The notes under the pieces are model-generated. The model was not told the origin of the DNA and searched no databases. It saw only the letters and a program-made list of their open reading frames with translations. Made by a program: the position numbers and the translations under genes. 26,270 nucleotides of DNA from Armatimonadota bacterium. GTDB lineage: Bacteria; Armatimonadota; UBA10988; DTZQ01. Location: assembly GCA_012961305.1 (NCBI GenBank), contig DTZQ01000493.1, forward strand, positions 1 to 26,270, read 5' to 3'. Shown here one piece after another: positions 14,512 to 24,024 of the stretch. Each line of letters begins with the position of its first letter. Position 1 is the first letter of the stretch.

Positions 14512-16497
14512 TTAGAAGACAATCTGTGACACTGCCTTGCCGATGAGGGTGACGGCAATGGAAATCATGGCAATCAGGCCCATGCCGCAGCCGTACCCGG
14601 CCAGCAGGATGGGAGCGTAACGCCGCCAGGTGTCAGGGCCGAACTTAGGGGCAAAATACCAGCGACCCAGCAGAGCCCCTGCCAGTTGCGGAATCACGTG
14701 GTGGGGCCACATGTGCAACCCGCCAACTATCCCGTAAAAGAGGGCCTGTGGCCAGCGCAGCAGCGAAATCACGGCGAACAGTCCCAACCCGACCAGCCCT
14801 CCGTAGAGCATCAGCGCCGGCTTCAGGGCCTGCAGCATCCAGCGGCTTCCCCCTTCCAGCGTCGAGGTCGCCCACAGACTCCGCATGGTGGCAAACAACG
14901 GCCACATCCTTTGCACGAAAGGATAGGCCGAGGAAGGAATCGGTCCCATCCCCCAAACGATGGACCAGAACAGGAAACTGCAGACCACCAGGATAACGAA
15001 CACCGTCAGTTCCGCCTTAATCCAACTGGTGAACTTGACCCGGCAGAGTTCCAACTCGGCGAAAACTTGCGTCACCCAGCCGTGGTCGAAGTAGGGCACG
15101 GGAGCGAACCAGATGTCCACCCCCTTATAGCCGCTGAGCAGGTACGACCCCTCAATCACCATGGGGAAGGATACCCCAGTGACCACGCCGGTAATGCCAA
15201 ACATGCGAGCGGAGATGTAACTCAACAGTGGCGTGAACCCGAACCCGAACAGGACGAAGAACCACACCGGAAACTCCGGCACCAGAGTGTGACAGAGCCA
15301 GACGTAACTCAGGGTGGAAAACATCCACAGGCCCAAAGCCAGCCACAGCGGGAAGTCTCCTCGCTCTTTTTCCAGCCGCCGTTCTTTGGAGGTGAGGCGA
15401 GGTTGCCCTTCCGGGCTTACCCGCCGCGAGAGGACGATGATGGTACCAATGCCTATCAAGGCCACCACCACTCCCACCCCGATGCTGACGCTAAGCCAGA
15501 AATCGAGCCGGTTGGAAATGGTGGCCTGAATGACCGAGGAGTTGGGCTGCCAATGGGGGAGCAGGCCCCGATGGTACAGTATGGGATTGGCCACCAGGTT
15601 GACCCCCAGGCTGCTGAGAAACTGGCCCACCACCACCCAGAAGGGCAGTACAAAGCCCACCAAGAAGTTGCCCAAGTCGGTGAGGAGGCCAAAAGTAGAG
15701 GCTGGCAGAACGGTGCCCAATTTGGGCGAACCGTCAATGAAGGGGATGGGAATGATTTGCAACGGTTTAGCCATCCACAGGCCTGTGAACACGGGGATAG
15801 CGGCGTAAAAGAACCCGTAGGCCAGGCCAATCATGGCTCCCACAGTGAACACCTGCCAACGCCAACTTTCCTCCCGAACCTCAGATTCGGCCAGGGCGGT
15901 GGCTCCGCCCACGGCCACTGGGGCCATGGGGTAGGGGAGCCGTTCCTTATCGCGGGTGGAGCGGAACAGGAAGTAGCCCAGGCCGAAGAAATTGAGGCGG
16001 AATAGCACCTGATGGGCCAACAGCACTAAGATGGGCACCACCCAGGCGGAATGGAGGAAAGTCCGCTCCATCAGAGCAGGGGAACCACGGGGGGGCACTA
16101 CCCAACTGGGAATCCGCTCCGCGAGGCCGAAGGCCTCCGCCTGGGGCGACTGGACGAGGAACTGGTCCCAGATTTTCACCGCGAACACGCCCCCGTAAAG
16201 GGCCAATCCGGGCACCGCTTGCGCCGCCAGGCCCGAGGCTACCGCGTAGATGATGTAGATTTCCTGCCGAGACAGGCGTACCAGCGACCGCCGGGCGATT
16301 TCCACGAACAGGATGATAGTTACCCACTGGGCCGCACCGCCGATGGACTGGCCGGTGACCAGACCCATGTAAATGGCCCCCGGCAGCATGACAAAGCCAA
16401 TGAACAGCGCGGCCAGGATGGTCTTGCGATTGAACCCCTCGCGGAAGGGCTCGCCCGCGAGGTCGTCGGCCCGTGAGGGTTCAGGGGCAGAAGGCAT
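14512..16497 (-). CDS. OPT-like (oligopeptide transporter superfamily) polytopic membrane protein
   Basis: 661 aa with many TM segments; EGFNRKTILAALFIGFVMLPGAIY, AAQWVTIILFVE, ERLPYPMAPV and PIPSSAYP are segments I associate with this family. Confidence 0.6.
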   Translation of the reverse strand: MPSAPEPSRADDLAGEPFREGFNRKTILAALFIGFVMLPGAIYMGLVTGQSIGGAAQWVTIILFVEIARRSLVRLSRQEIYIIYAVASGLAAQAVPGLALYGGVFAVKIWDQFLVQSPQAEAFGLAERIPSWVVPPRGSPALMERTFLHSAWVVPILVLLAHQVLFRLNFFGLGYFLFRSTRDKERLPYPMAPVAVGGATALAESEVREESWRWQVFTVGAMIGLAYGFFYAAIPVFTGLWMAKPLQIIPIPFIDGSPKLGTVLPASTFGLLTDLGNFLVGFVLPFWVVVGQFLSSLGVNLVANPILYHRGLLPHWQPNSSVIQATISNRLDFWLSVSIGVGVVVALIGIGTIIVLSRRVSPEGQPRLTSKERRLEKERGDFPLWLALGLWMFSTLSYVWLCHTLVPEFPVWFFVLFGFGFTPLLSYISARMFGITGVVTGVSFPMVIEGSYLLSGYKGVDIWFAPVPYFDHGWVTQVFAELELCRVKFTSWIKAELTVFVILVVCSFLFWSIVWGMGPIPSSAYPFVQRMWPLFATMRSLWATSTLEGGSRWMLQALKPALMLYGGLVGLGLFAVISLLRWPQALFYGIVGGLHMWPHHVIPQLAGALLGRWYFAPKFGPDTWRRYAPILLAGYGCGMGLIAMISIAVTLIGKAVSQIVF

Positions 16498-16522
16498 TTT
16501 GCAATTGCCAATCTCGGTCTGG

Positions 16523-16564
16523 CCCTCACCCCGGCCCCCTCTCTCGCCCCCCAGGAGAGGGGAG
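16523..16564. repeat. CCCTCACCCC...CCCTCTC/GAGAGGG-type intergenic palindromic element
   Basis: CCCTCACCCC at 16523-16532, then perfect 8-bp arms CCCCTCTC (16536-16543) and GAGAGGGG (16555-16562). Confidence 0.55.
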
Positions 16565-16729
16565 CCTCTTCAGGGGGCCTATAATTGGGCAATTTGGTGG
16601 TCTCTCTGCAAGGCTGGCTTGGCTAAAGCCCGGACCCCCTAACCAGCCGGGGAGGATAATCCGCCGGCGTCGAGGCTTTAGCGGGTCTGAACAGGGCATC
16701 TGCGGTGCGAACGATGTAATGCCCGCCAA

Positions 16730-19522
16730 CTACGGCCCGGGCACGACCGGTACGATGGGTGTAATAATGGTCAGCAGCGGCGAAGAGGTATAGGAAATGG
16801 TTCCCTGCGCCGCTCCCCCCGGAGCGGCAACGTTCACCTCCCATCCCTGAGCACCCTGCAGGGTGGCAGCGGTGAAGGTCACGCTCAGGGTCAGCGGCGC
16901 AGAACCCCGTTTAAAGGCAATGGCCAGAGGCATAGCCCGGAACCGCAGTTTCCGCACCGTCAGTATCAACTCCGGCGCGTTGCCTGTCCACTCCACTCGG
17001 AAAAGGTATCTCCGGTTGGCCGTGGGGGTAAAGGGAAAGGCCTGCTGCCCGCCCTCCGGTAGGGCAAATCGGCCCAATAGGACTTTGGTCACCGGTACAG
17101 GGATAAGAACTGGCGCGGCCAGTACGGCCTTCAGCACCGGCGTGCTGTAGCCGATGATTTCGTGGCTCACCCCCTCGAAGGCCAGCACGAAGTAATGGTA
17201 TGTGGCCCCCAATCGCACGTCTTTATCCGTGTACGTCGTGGCCGTGAGTTCCTCGCTGACCTGGCGAAAGCCCCGGTCGGCCGCGATTTCGCTGCGAAAC
17301 ACGACGTAGGTGATGTATCTTATTTTCTGCCCTTCCCCCATCACCAAGGGCTGCCAGGCCAGATTGACCCCCGGCAGGTTGGGATTCGGCTGGGCCTGAG
17401 TGAGGGCGAACTGCTTCAGTCCTTTCAGCGGCTCTTCCGGCGGGGCGGTGACCTTCACATGCTGGGGCGAGGACATCTCCCTTTGGCCAGTGGCCGGATT
17501 CACGGCTCCCACGCTGTACCAATAGTCCTGCCGAAACTCCACCGCCGTATCCACGTATTTCTTCACTTGAAAGGATAAAGGCTGGGGCCCGGAAATTTTC
17601 TGACCCGGCACGGTGTCCTCACTTTCCGCCCGGTAAACTTCAAAGCCGGCTACGCTCTGCTGGGGAAGAGGCACTTCCCATTTCAGGGTCACCTGCCAGG
17701 TATTGCCCACCAACTCTGCCGTCGCCGCCTGAATGTAGGGACGCGGGGGAGGCTGGCTGCCGGGCACCAGCACTGGTTGCGACAGCACGGTGTAGTCGCT
17801 CAGGTTGTATTCGGCATCGAAGGCCCGAATGGCATACCAGGTCTCCGTGGTATCGGCCGGCTGGAAGTGGTCTACATAAGTGTAGGGTGGCGTGGGTCGG
17901 ATTTCGTCTATCTGATACCACACCGGCGGCGGGCCCGTACAGGGCTGAGGGGCAAACCCCCGGTAGATGCGAAAGCCCACCGCATCCGGCGGTGCCTGCC
18001 ATTGCAAGTGGACTCCGTCGTATTGTCCCTGACCGGGCAGGAGAGGGGAAATGGAAACACAGGGATAACCGCCCTCCCCCTCCTTCCTTGGCCGGCCCAG
18101 GGCCTTAAATTGGCTCACTCCCGGCGCCTCCTCGTCGTAGAGCACGGCGTAAGCCGGGGCAGAGGGCAAACTGCGGTTGGGCTGGGGCTGCGCATCGTCC
18201 CGGGCGCGGAGGCGATACCAGTAGGTTTGGCCCGGCAGCAGGCCCTGCTTGTCCACCCACTCGTATTCGTTCTGCCCCGGCTGGGCGGGTATCAACTTTA
18301 TCATCTGCCACGGAGGGTTGGGGAAGCCCTGCGGTTTCCCCTCCCGGCGCCAAACTTCAAAGTTCGTCACCTCAGCGTCTTCGGGGCGACGCTGCCAGGT
18401 GAGGTGGATTTGATTTTGGCCGGGCACCTTCTCGGCCTGGACTTCGAGGGGCGCGCCCGGCGGGCGGGTGTCGAGGGGACTGGCCGCTAAAGGTTGACTC
18501 CACTGCCCCGGCTGGCCCAGGGCATCCCGGCCCCGCACCCGGTAGTAATAGGTCTGGTCGTACTTTAGCGGCGGTGGGTCCAGTTGGCCGTTCCCGTTAG
18601 CGTCCTCGCCGGGGTCCAGGAGGCCATTTCCGTTTAAATCCTCCCCCGGCTCTCCATCCACGTAGCGGAAATTGGCTGGCTGGTACTTCTGGGCCACCGG
18701 GGAGAGCAGCACTTCTTGCCACTCCTCGTCGGTCAGGGGCACATGGGCCGGCTTCTGGGCCGGCAGGGCTACTGGCGTAGCGGGCAGGATGGGATGGAGA
18801 TTTAGTTGCTGCCAGGGTCCGTTCGGGGTGGGCCCGCGCTCCAGGTCGAAGCCGAAGGCCACATATTCCGGCGGTGGAGGCTCAGTCTGCGGCGGCGGAG
18901 GCATTTCCCAGGTGAGGAAAATTTTCCGGTCAGCCACCACGCCTAATTGGTCCGCCACCGCGGAGGTCACATCAGTGAGAAGGGGAGCCACCACCGAGGT
19001 CACCTGTCCGGCCTGCACGACGACCGTAGCGTAGGGGCCCAACTCCTGCTCCTGCCCGTTGACCAGGCGCCGCACCGTGTAGGTGTGCGGTCCCGGCGCC
19101 ACTCCCACGTCCAAGAAGCCCAAGCCCAGCACCAGGGCCACCCGGTAGTACTGCTCCGGCAGCAGGGCCTTGAGCAGAGGGCTTTGGTTGAGCAGGGGCA
19201 GGAAATCCCCCGGCCCGATGGGGCCGCGCTCGAAATACTGAGCCAAGAGGTCGGAGACGATAGGCCAGTCCGGGCCCAGCATGTTCTGCACCGCGGCCGG
19301 GTCTGTAAGGGGGGTAACGCTCGCCACCGCCACGTTGTCCCGGTACACCACGTAGGCGTTCCCCGCCGGCGGCTGGTGCCAGCGCAGCAGGACTTGATTG
19401 GGCCCCACGGCGGGAATGACCACAAACTGCTGCGGCAAGCCCGCCGGCCCTCCCTGTGCGGCCGGCATCCCCACTAACATGCAGACCCCCAGCAGAATGG
19501 CCCCTATTACCTGTCGTTTCAT
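16730..19522 (-). CDS. Secreted fibronectin type III repeat protein (about 6 modules)
   Basis: Signal MKRQVIGAILLGVCMLVGMPAAQG. Six LxW strands (LLRW, FLTW, HLTW, HLQW, TLKW, NLAW) pair with six Tyr-corner strands (HTYTV, YYYRV, YWYRL, TWYAI, YWYSV, YHYFV). SD AAGGAGG. Confidence 0.8.
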   Translation of the reverse strand: MKRQVIGAILLGVCMLVGMPAAQGGPAGLPQQFVVIPAVGPNQVLLRWHQPPAGNAYVVYRDNVAVASVTPLTDPAAVQNMLGPDWPIVSDLLAQYFERGPIGPGDFLPLLNQSPLLKALLPEQYYRVALVLGLGFLDVGVAPGPHTYTVRRLVNGQEQELGPYATVVVQAGQVTSVVAPLLTDVTSAVADQLGVVADRKIFLTWEMPPPPQTEPPPPEYVAFGFDLERGPTPNGPWQQLNLHPILPATPVALPAQKPAHVPLTDEEWQEVLLSPVAQKYQPANFRYVDGEPGEDLNGNGLLDPGEDANGNGQLDPPPLKYDQTYYYRVRGRDALGQPGQWSQPLAASPLDTRPPGAPLEVQAEKVPGQNQIHLTWQRRPEDAEVTNFEVWRREGKPQGFPNPPWQMIKLIPAQPGQNEYEWVDKQGLLPGQTYWYRLRARDDAQPQPNRSLPSAPAYAVLYDEEAPGVSQFKALGRPRKEGEGGYPCVSISPLLPGQGQYDGVHLQWQAPPDAVGFRIYRGFAPQPCTGPPPVWYQIDEIRPTPPYTYVDHFQPADTTETWYAIRAFDAEYNLSDYTVLSQPVLVPGSQPPPRPYIQAATAELVGNTWQVTLKWEVPLPQQSVAGFEVYRAESEDTVPGQKISGPQPLSFQVKKYVDTAVEFRQDYWYSVGAVNPATGQREMSSPQHVKVTAPPEEPLKGLKQFALTQAQPNPNLPGVNLAWQPLVMGEGQKIRYITYVVFRSEIAADRGFRQVSEELTATTYTDKDVRLGATYHYFVLAFEGVSHEIIGYSTPVLKAVLAAPVLIPVPVTKVLLGRFALPEGGQQAFPFTPTANRRYLFRVEWTGNAPELILTVRKLRFRAMPLAIAFKRGSAPLTLSVTFTAATLQGAQGWEVNVAAPGGAAQGTISYTSSPLLTIITPIVPVVPGP

Positions 19523-19543
19523 AGTTTTTCCTCCTTGTCCCCC

Positions 19544-22500
19544 TTAATCCACCCAAACGTCCCACTCGCCCGTACTATCCTGGTAGGAAACGCCGACCCC
19601 GACGCTGTAGGAAAGGCTGGTAAGCCACAGGTCAATCTTCCCCGATACTTTGCCCTGGCCCTTCAGCCAGAAGTCGGGGGGCTCGGTAATCCACTGGCCG
19701 ATGAGAACCACCTCTCCCTTAATGGTCACGATGCATATCGCCTCGCCAGAGACGAAAGCGTAGAGCCGGCCTCCGAATATGTCACCGTTGGTAGCGAAGT
19801 ACCACAGTCCCAGGCTGCCCCCCGCACTTACCCGCAGGAGGCAGGAATCGCCGAACAGGGGGAAACTGACCCCGCCGGCTACGTAGGCCCCGGTGAGGGT
19901 GCCGTTGGGGTCGCCCACGGCCTCAGTGAGGATGTCCTTGACATCCTTTTCCATTACTCCCGTGTCCTCCAGAATGGACACGGGTATGTTGTACCCGGCT
20001 AAAAAGGCACCCTGCAAACTGTAACTGCGGAATTTCAGGTTGGCTGCAGCCCCGAAGTAGGCTTTGTCTGGTCCGCCTCCGAACAGGGCATCGGCCGAGA
20101 CGATTTTCACCGCCTTAAAGTCGAGTTTCTTCACGCCCAAACTGCCGTCCGCCGAGGGAGCAGCGGTGTCGATGATGAGGTTGAGATAACCATCGCAGGG
20201 TTTCAAACCGCCGATTTTCAGTTTTTTGACGCTCAGTTTGATGGTGTAGACCCGGTGCCGGGTGGCGGTCACGGCGACGGTGGCGTTATCTACCACGGGC
20301 TCGACCTTGAAGGAGGCCTCGACGAAGACCTCCTCAATCACCTCCCCCACAATGACGATTTTCCCCCGTACCCGGCGGACGTCAAAGGGCAGGTCAAGCA
20401 CCTGCAAGCCCTCATTGAAGTAGTCCACCGCGTCCTGGCCAATGGCCTGAATAGTCTGGCCGGTAGGCGATTCCAGTTGCTCCGCCAACCAGTCCATCAC
20501 CTCCTTGGTCGTGCTCTGGGCCCACTCTTTCGTTTCCGTGGAGCGCAATTTGCCCGCCAGTTCGGCGAGACCTATGTCTTGTGAGTGCTCCTCAACCCAG
20601 GCCATCACTTGGTCGTACTTCTCCAGGTCCTCGTCCGTGATTCCCGGCCCCTTGAGTTTCTGCTTGAACTTGTTGAAATCTTCCAGGACGCCCTTAACCT
20701 TGTTATAGTAGGGCCGCAGGGCATCGTAGAGTACGGTGATGGAACCCAGGCCGAAGGTCAACTGGGCGGTAGGGGGCTTGTCATTCACCGCTCCGTCCAG
20801 CACCACGGCGGAATCAATGCCCATCCCCAACAGCGTCCATTTGGCCGCACCAGCGAAACTGGCCGGTTGGTCGTCATCGGTCTGTTGGGCAAAGGCCAGG
20901 TCGTATTTAAACTCAATGCCATCTACCCATTCGTGGCGCAGTTCGATTTTCTCCTTCAACCCCACGTAGTTGGCGTTCGGGTGGCCCACGACGAACATGG
21001 TAGACGGGCGCCCTCCGAAATAGGGGAGGACCACGGAGCCCTCCAACTCCACCCAGCCTACCTTCACCCCGCCCAGGTCGGGGAATTCCTTGACCGTGGC
21101 CTCGTTGTTGAGCCAGGGGAGGGGGTCCCCGGTGCTGCTCAACCGTGCCTGTTCCAGCAGGAAAACGAACCCCTGCAGGGAATTGGTGGGCGCGTTGTGC
21201 ACCACCATCGCTCCGTGAGGGTTGCCATCAGGGCCGAACATGCCCTCTAGGCTGAGGGGGTCTTGGAGGAATTTCACCTCGTAGGTGCCGCCCACGGAGA
21301 GCCAATGCTTACCGTTGTCTACCTCAAAGCCCACCCGCTCCGGGGTTAGGGTCACTGCCCAGTACTCCAGGTCCGTGGGTTTCTGCTGGCCGGGAGGTAC
21401 AATTCCCTGGGTCAACTCGCCCTGGTCGTTAATCTCCCAATTCCGAGTGACGAACCGGGCCTCTTTCGTCAGGCCGGTGTCGGGAGGAGGGGGAAGGGTT
21501 ACCTCGCCATCCAGTTGAGACTCATACACCCGCGAGTCCAGAAAACTGAAGGCCACATTGGTAAACTCTACGCGGTAACCCTGACCCCCGTGTTCGTTGG
21601 CCCAGAATTCTGCTTTTAACGGGTTGGCCCCGCTGACCTCACTGGTGAGCACGCCAGACACCCCGACGGGCCGCAGGTAGAGGTTGGGCTCTGGGTTGGG
21701 AATTTCACTTGGTTTATCCGCCCCTTTCAGGGCCAGTTCAAACTTGTTCAACTTCGTCTTGCCCGCCAACAGGTTCAGCCCGGCATCCACCCGGTCCTCG
21801 CCCCAACCCGCGTTGGGCCCGTCGGTCTTGAAGGTGGTTTCGTCTACTTTGGCCAGGAAGTGCTTCTCCGGCGTGGTTTCGGTCACCGCTCCGGGCAGGT
21901 AGAGCAGCCCCTCTGGGGCCTCAGCCCGAAAGGCTACCCCCCAGGTCAGCGGGGGCGGAGTGGGCGTAACCTGGGCCAGGCCGTCCAGGCTGCCCGTAGG
22001 CCCGCGGGCGGTGAGGTTCACCTCGCCTTTTACCTGCGTGGCGGGGGGAGGAACGGCGGTGTACTCGCGCAGGTAGGCGAAGGCAAACTCCGCCTGCAAT
22101 TCCCCTCCGGCCACCCGGCCCTCTTGTATCTGCAACTGACCCTCCTGCACCTCAACTTTCACCCGGGGGAACAGGGCCGTGTAGGTGCCCCCGTGCCCCG
22201 GCGCGAGGGTCAGTTCCCCGGCGAACCCCTGGGGCGTGATTTGCCCATTTTGCACCGTGTAGGTGAACTTCAAGTAGCCGTCGTTGCTGGCGGGGATGGG
22301 ATTGCCCTGCCGGTGCGGCCAGTAAAGGGTGTGGGCGGTGGAAAACTGGAGAGCGGCCTCTTGACCCAAGTTCAGGGTGATGGGGCCGGTGGGCACAATG
22401 CCCAGGGGCAAATCGCGCAAATCGAAAGAAGTGTTGGGGGGCAGGTTCACCGGGCCCAGTTGCAGGTCGGCGGGCAACGGTTGTCCATCCAGGGCCAGTT

Positions 22501-23518
22501 CCGTTTTGCCGTTCACCGTTACCCCGGCCGTCACCGGCAAGCGCACCGTCAGGTCAGCCTCCCCGCCCTGCGGGGTTAGCCGCACGGCCCGGAGCAACAA
22601 CTTCCAGTCGTCTGCTCCGGGCACGGCAACCCCGGGGGAGAAAGAATGCGTGACCTGGCCGCCGGTGACCTTGCCATTGGCCTGGGCGGAGAGGTTTTGG
22701 AAGGGCACCTCCAAAGTCACCGGCCCAGCGGCTCCCTGTACCGTCCAGGTCGCGGTGCCCCGTAAGTTCGCCAGGGTGCTGCCCGGCAGATAGGAACGCA
22801 CGGCCAGTTGGTAGGGGCCAAATTTCAGCACCGCGGGCAGCGGGGTAACGGGCAGAATTTGCGTCTGCGCGTTGTTCTGGGGGTTGGAATCGGGGGTCGT
22901 TTGGGCTTGCACGGTGAGGGTCAACTGCTGAGCCGTCAAGGGCAGGTCCAGGGCGGCCGGCGGGACGACTACCGCTTGGGCGTTGACGGCTATCGGGCCC
23001 TGTTCCGCTTGGCTCACCCAGGCTGGCTCTTGTCCACCGCCGAACCGCACCTCGGCCCGCACAATGATAGGCCGGGAGGTCAATCCGCCCTGATTGGTCA
23101 GGGTAACCTTCACCACATAACCCTGTCCGCCAGAGACCAGGCCCGCGGGCAGCACCTCCACCTGTTGCACCGCCACATCGGGGAGGAGCAACTCCGGCCG
23201 TTCCAGGCGCGGCCTTTCCAGAGGCGGCTGCACCGGCGGTTCGATACGAGGCGGTTGGGGGCCTGGAGGCGAGGGCCGAGGGGGGATTGCCACCGTCGGC
23301 TCATCATGATGGTTCACCTCCTTCTCCCCTACGGCAGAGAACGCCGGGTTCGCCGAACTGAGGCCTAAGGAATCCCTCGGGCCACCAGGCAACGGAGCCA
23401 CGGGGCCAGGTTGCCTAATTGCCGCAGTGCCCAAGGCAGTGCCCTCTGCGGCGAAGGGCAGATGCATAATTACCATTAGGCCCCCCGCCAATCCCCACCA
23501 TTTCGCTGACTCGCTCAT
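19544..23518 (-). CDS. Large secreted protein: Pro-rich linker, CARDB-like domain, long beta-rich body, function unknown
   Basis: 1324-aa ORF with SD AAAGGAG and a hydrophobic N-terminus. PDVAVQQV...VTLTNQG...DSNPQNN is CARDB-like. Alternating beta-strand patterns run to the C-terminus. Confidence 0.8.
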   Translation of the reverse strand: MSESAKWWGLAGGLMVIMHLPFAAEGTALGTAAIRQPGPVAPLPGGPRDSLGLSSANPAFSAVGEKEVNHHDEPTVAIPPRPSPPGPQPPRIEPPVQPPLERPRLERPELLLPDVAVQQVEVLPAGLVSGGQGYVVKVTLTNQGGLTSRPIIVRAEVRFGGGQEPAWVSQAEQGPIAVNAQAVVVPPAALDLPLTAQQLTLTVQAQTTPDSNPQNNAQTQILPVTPLPAVLKFGPYQLAVRSYLPGSTLANLRGTATWTVQGAAGPVTLEVPFQNLSAQANGKVTGGQVTHSFSPGVAVPGADDWKLLLRAVRLTPQGGEADLTVRLPVTAGVTVNGKTELALDGQPLPADLQLGPVNLPPNTSFDLRDLPLGIVPTGPITLNLGQEAALQFSTAHTLYWPHRQGNPIPASNDGYLKFTYTVQNGQITPQGFAGELTLAPGHGGTYTALFPRVKVEVQEGQLQIQEGRVAGGELQAEFAFAYLREYTAVPPPATQVKGEVNLTARGPTGSLDGLAQVTPTPPPLTWGVAFRAEAPEGLLYLPGAVTETTPEKHFLAKVDETTFKTDGPNAGWGEDRVDAGLNLLAGKTKLNKFELALKGADKPSEIPNPEPNLYLRPVGVSGVLTSEVSGANPLKAEFWANEHGGQGYRVEFTNVAFSFLDSRVYESQLDGEVTLPPPPDTGLTKEARFVTRNWEINDQGELTQGIVPPGQQKPTDLEYWAVTLTPERVGFEVDNGKHWLSVGGTYEVKFLQDPLSLEGMFGPDGNPHGAMVVHNAPTNSLQGFVFLLEQARLSSTGDPLPWLNNEATVKEFPDLGGVKVGWVELEGSVVLPYFGGRPSTMFVVGHPNANYVGLKEKIELRHEWVDGIEFKYDLAFAQQTDDDQPASFAGAAKWTLLGMGIDSAVVLDGAVNDKPPTAQLTFGLGSITVLYDALRPYYNKVKGVLEDFNKFKQKLKGPGITDEDLEKYDQVMAWVEEHSQDIGLAELAGKLRSTETKEWAQSTTKEVMDWLAEQLESPTGQTIQAIGQDAVDYFNEGLQVLDLPFDVRRVRGKIVIVGEVIEEVFVEASFKVEPVVDNATVAVTATRHRVYTIKLSVKKLKIGGLKPCDGYLNLIIDTAAPSADGSLGVKKLDFKAVKIVSADALFGGGPDKAYFGAAANLKFRSYSLQGAFLAGYNIPVSILEDTGVMEKDVKDILTEAVGDPNGTLTGAYVAGGVSFPLFGDSCLLRVSAGGSLGLWYFATNGDIFGGRLYAFVSGEAICIVTIKGEVVLIGQWITEPPDFWLKGQGKVSGKIDLWLTSLSYSVGVGVSYQDSTGEWDVWVD

Positions 23519-23631
23519 GGTAGCGTCTCCTTTCCTCAGGGTAGTATGCTGTCAAACACCACCGCGGAGAAAAACCTAAGCCCTACTTCTACCCAGTCCC
23601 CACCAGGAGACTCAGGATGAGTGCTAAGTCC

Positions 23632-23992
23632 CTATTCTTCTCCCTCCTTAGGGGCCCGTTCCAAGCGAGGACCTGACATGGGTATTACTTTCCCCACGAG
23701 GGACGAGATAAGGGGTTCCAACGGCGAGTCCAAGGCGGGGTAGAGGAAAACGGTGGCCATATGAAGGTTTGCTGCACGAACCTCGTAATGGAGGGCATAG
23801 GCCGGCTGGAGGAAATGCTGCCGTCGCCGCTTTCCGTCAGCAAAGTAACGGTTATTAGCCTCATTTGAAAGTGCGAATGCCTTCTACGCCGATGTCTCCC
23901 TTGTCAACCTGCCCCGTGGAACCAGCGGCCAAACTCAGGACCACTACCGCCGCCCCGGTCACTAACCATTTTACGGATTTTGCATTCCTCAG
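23632..23992 (-). pseudogene. Probable remnant of a secreted CARDB-like gene (CTG start, frameshift or internal deletion)
   Basis: Strong SD AAAGGAGGAGG, then CTG 23992 opens (M)RNAKSVKWLVTGAAVVVLSLAAGSTGQVDKGDIGVEGIRTFK* (stop 23861-23863). The +1 frame continues SNEANNRYF...KEGEE* to 23632. Confidence 0.5.
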
Positions 23993-24024
23993 GGCTTTGC
24001 CTCCTCCTTTCAATGGTGGTCAGT

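Noticed and set aside
14686-16005. 439-aa plus-strand ORF, and many similar 60-270 aa ORFs antisense or out of frame to real genes (e.g. 23980-24780, 21860-22579, 17777-18490)
   Set aside because: They are shadows of GC-rich coding sequence, with no recognisable motifs or SD sites, and they overlap well-supported genes.
19544-23518. Giant protein as part of a contractile injection system, T6SS or phage tail
   Set aside because: There are no sheath, tube, baseplate, VgrG or PAAR genes, and the protein has a Sec-type signal peptide.
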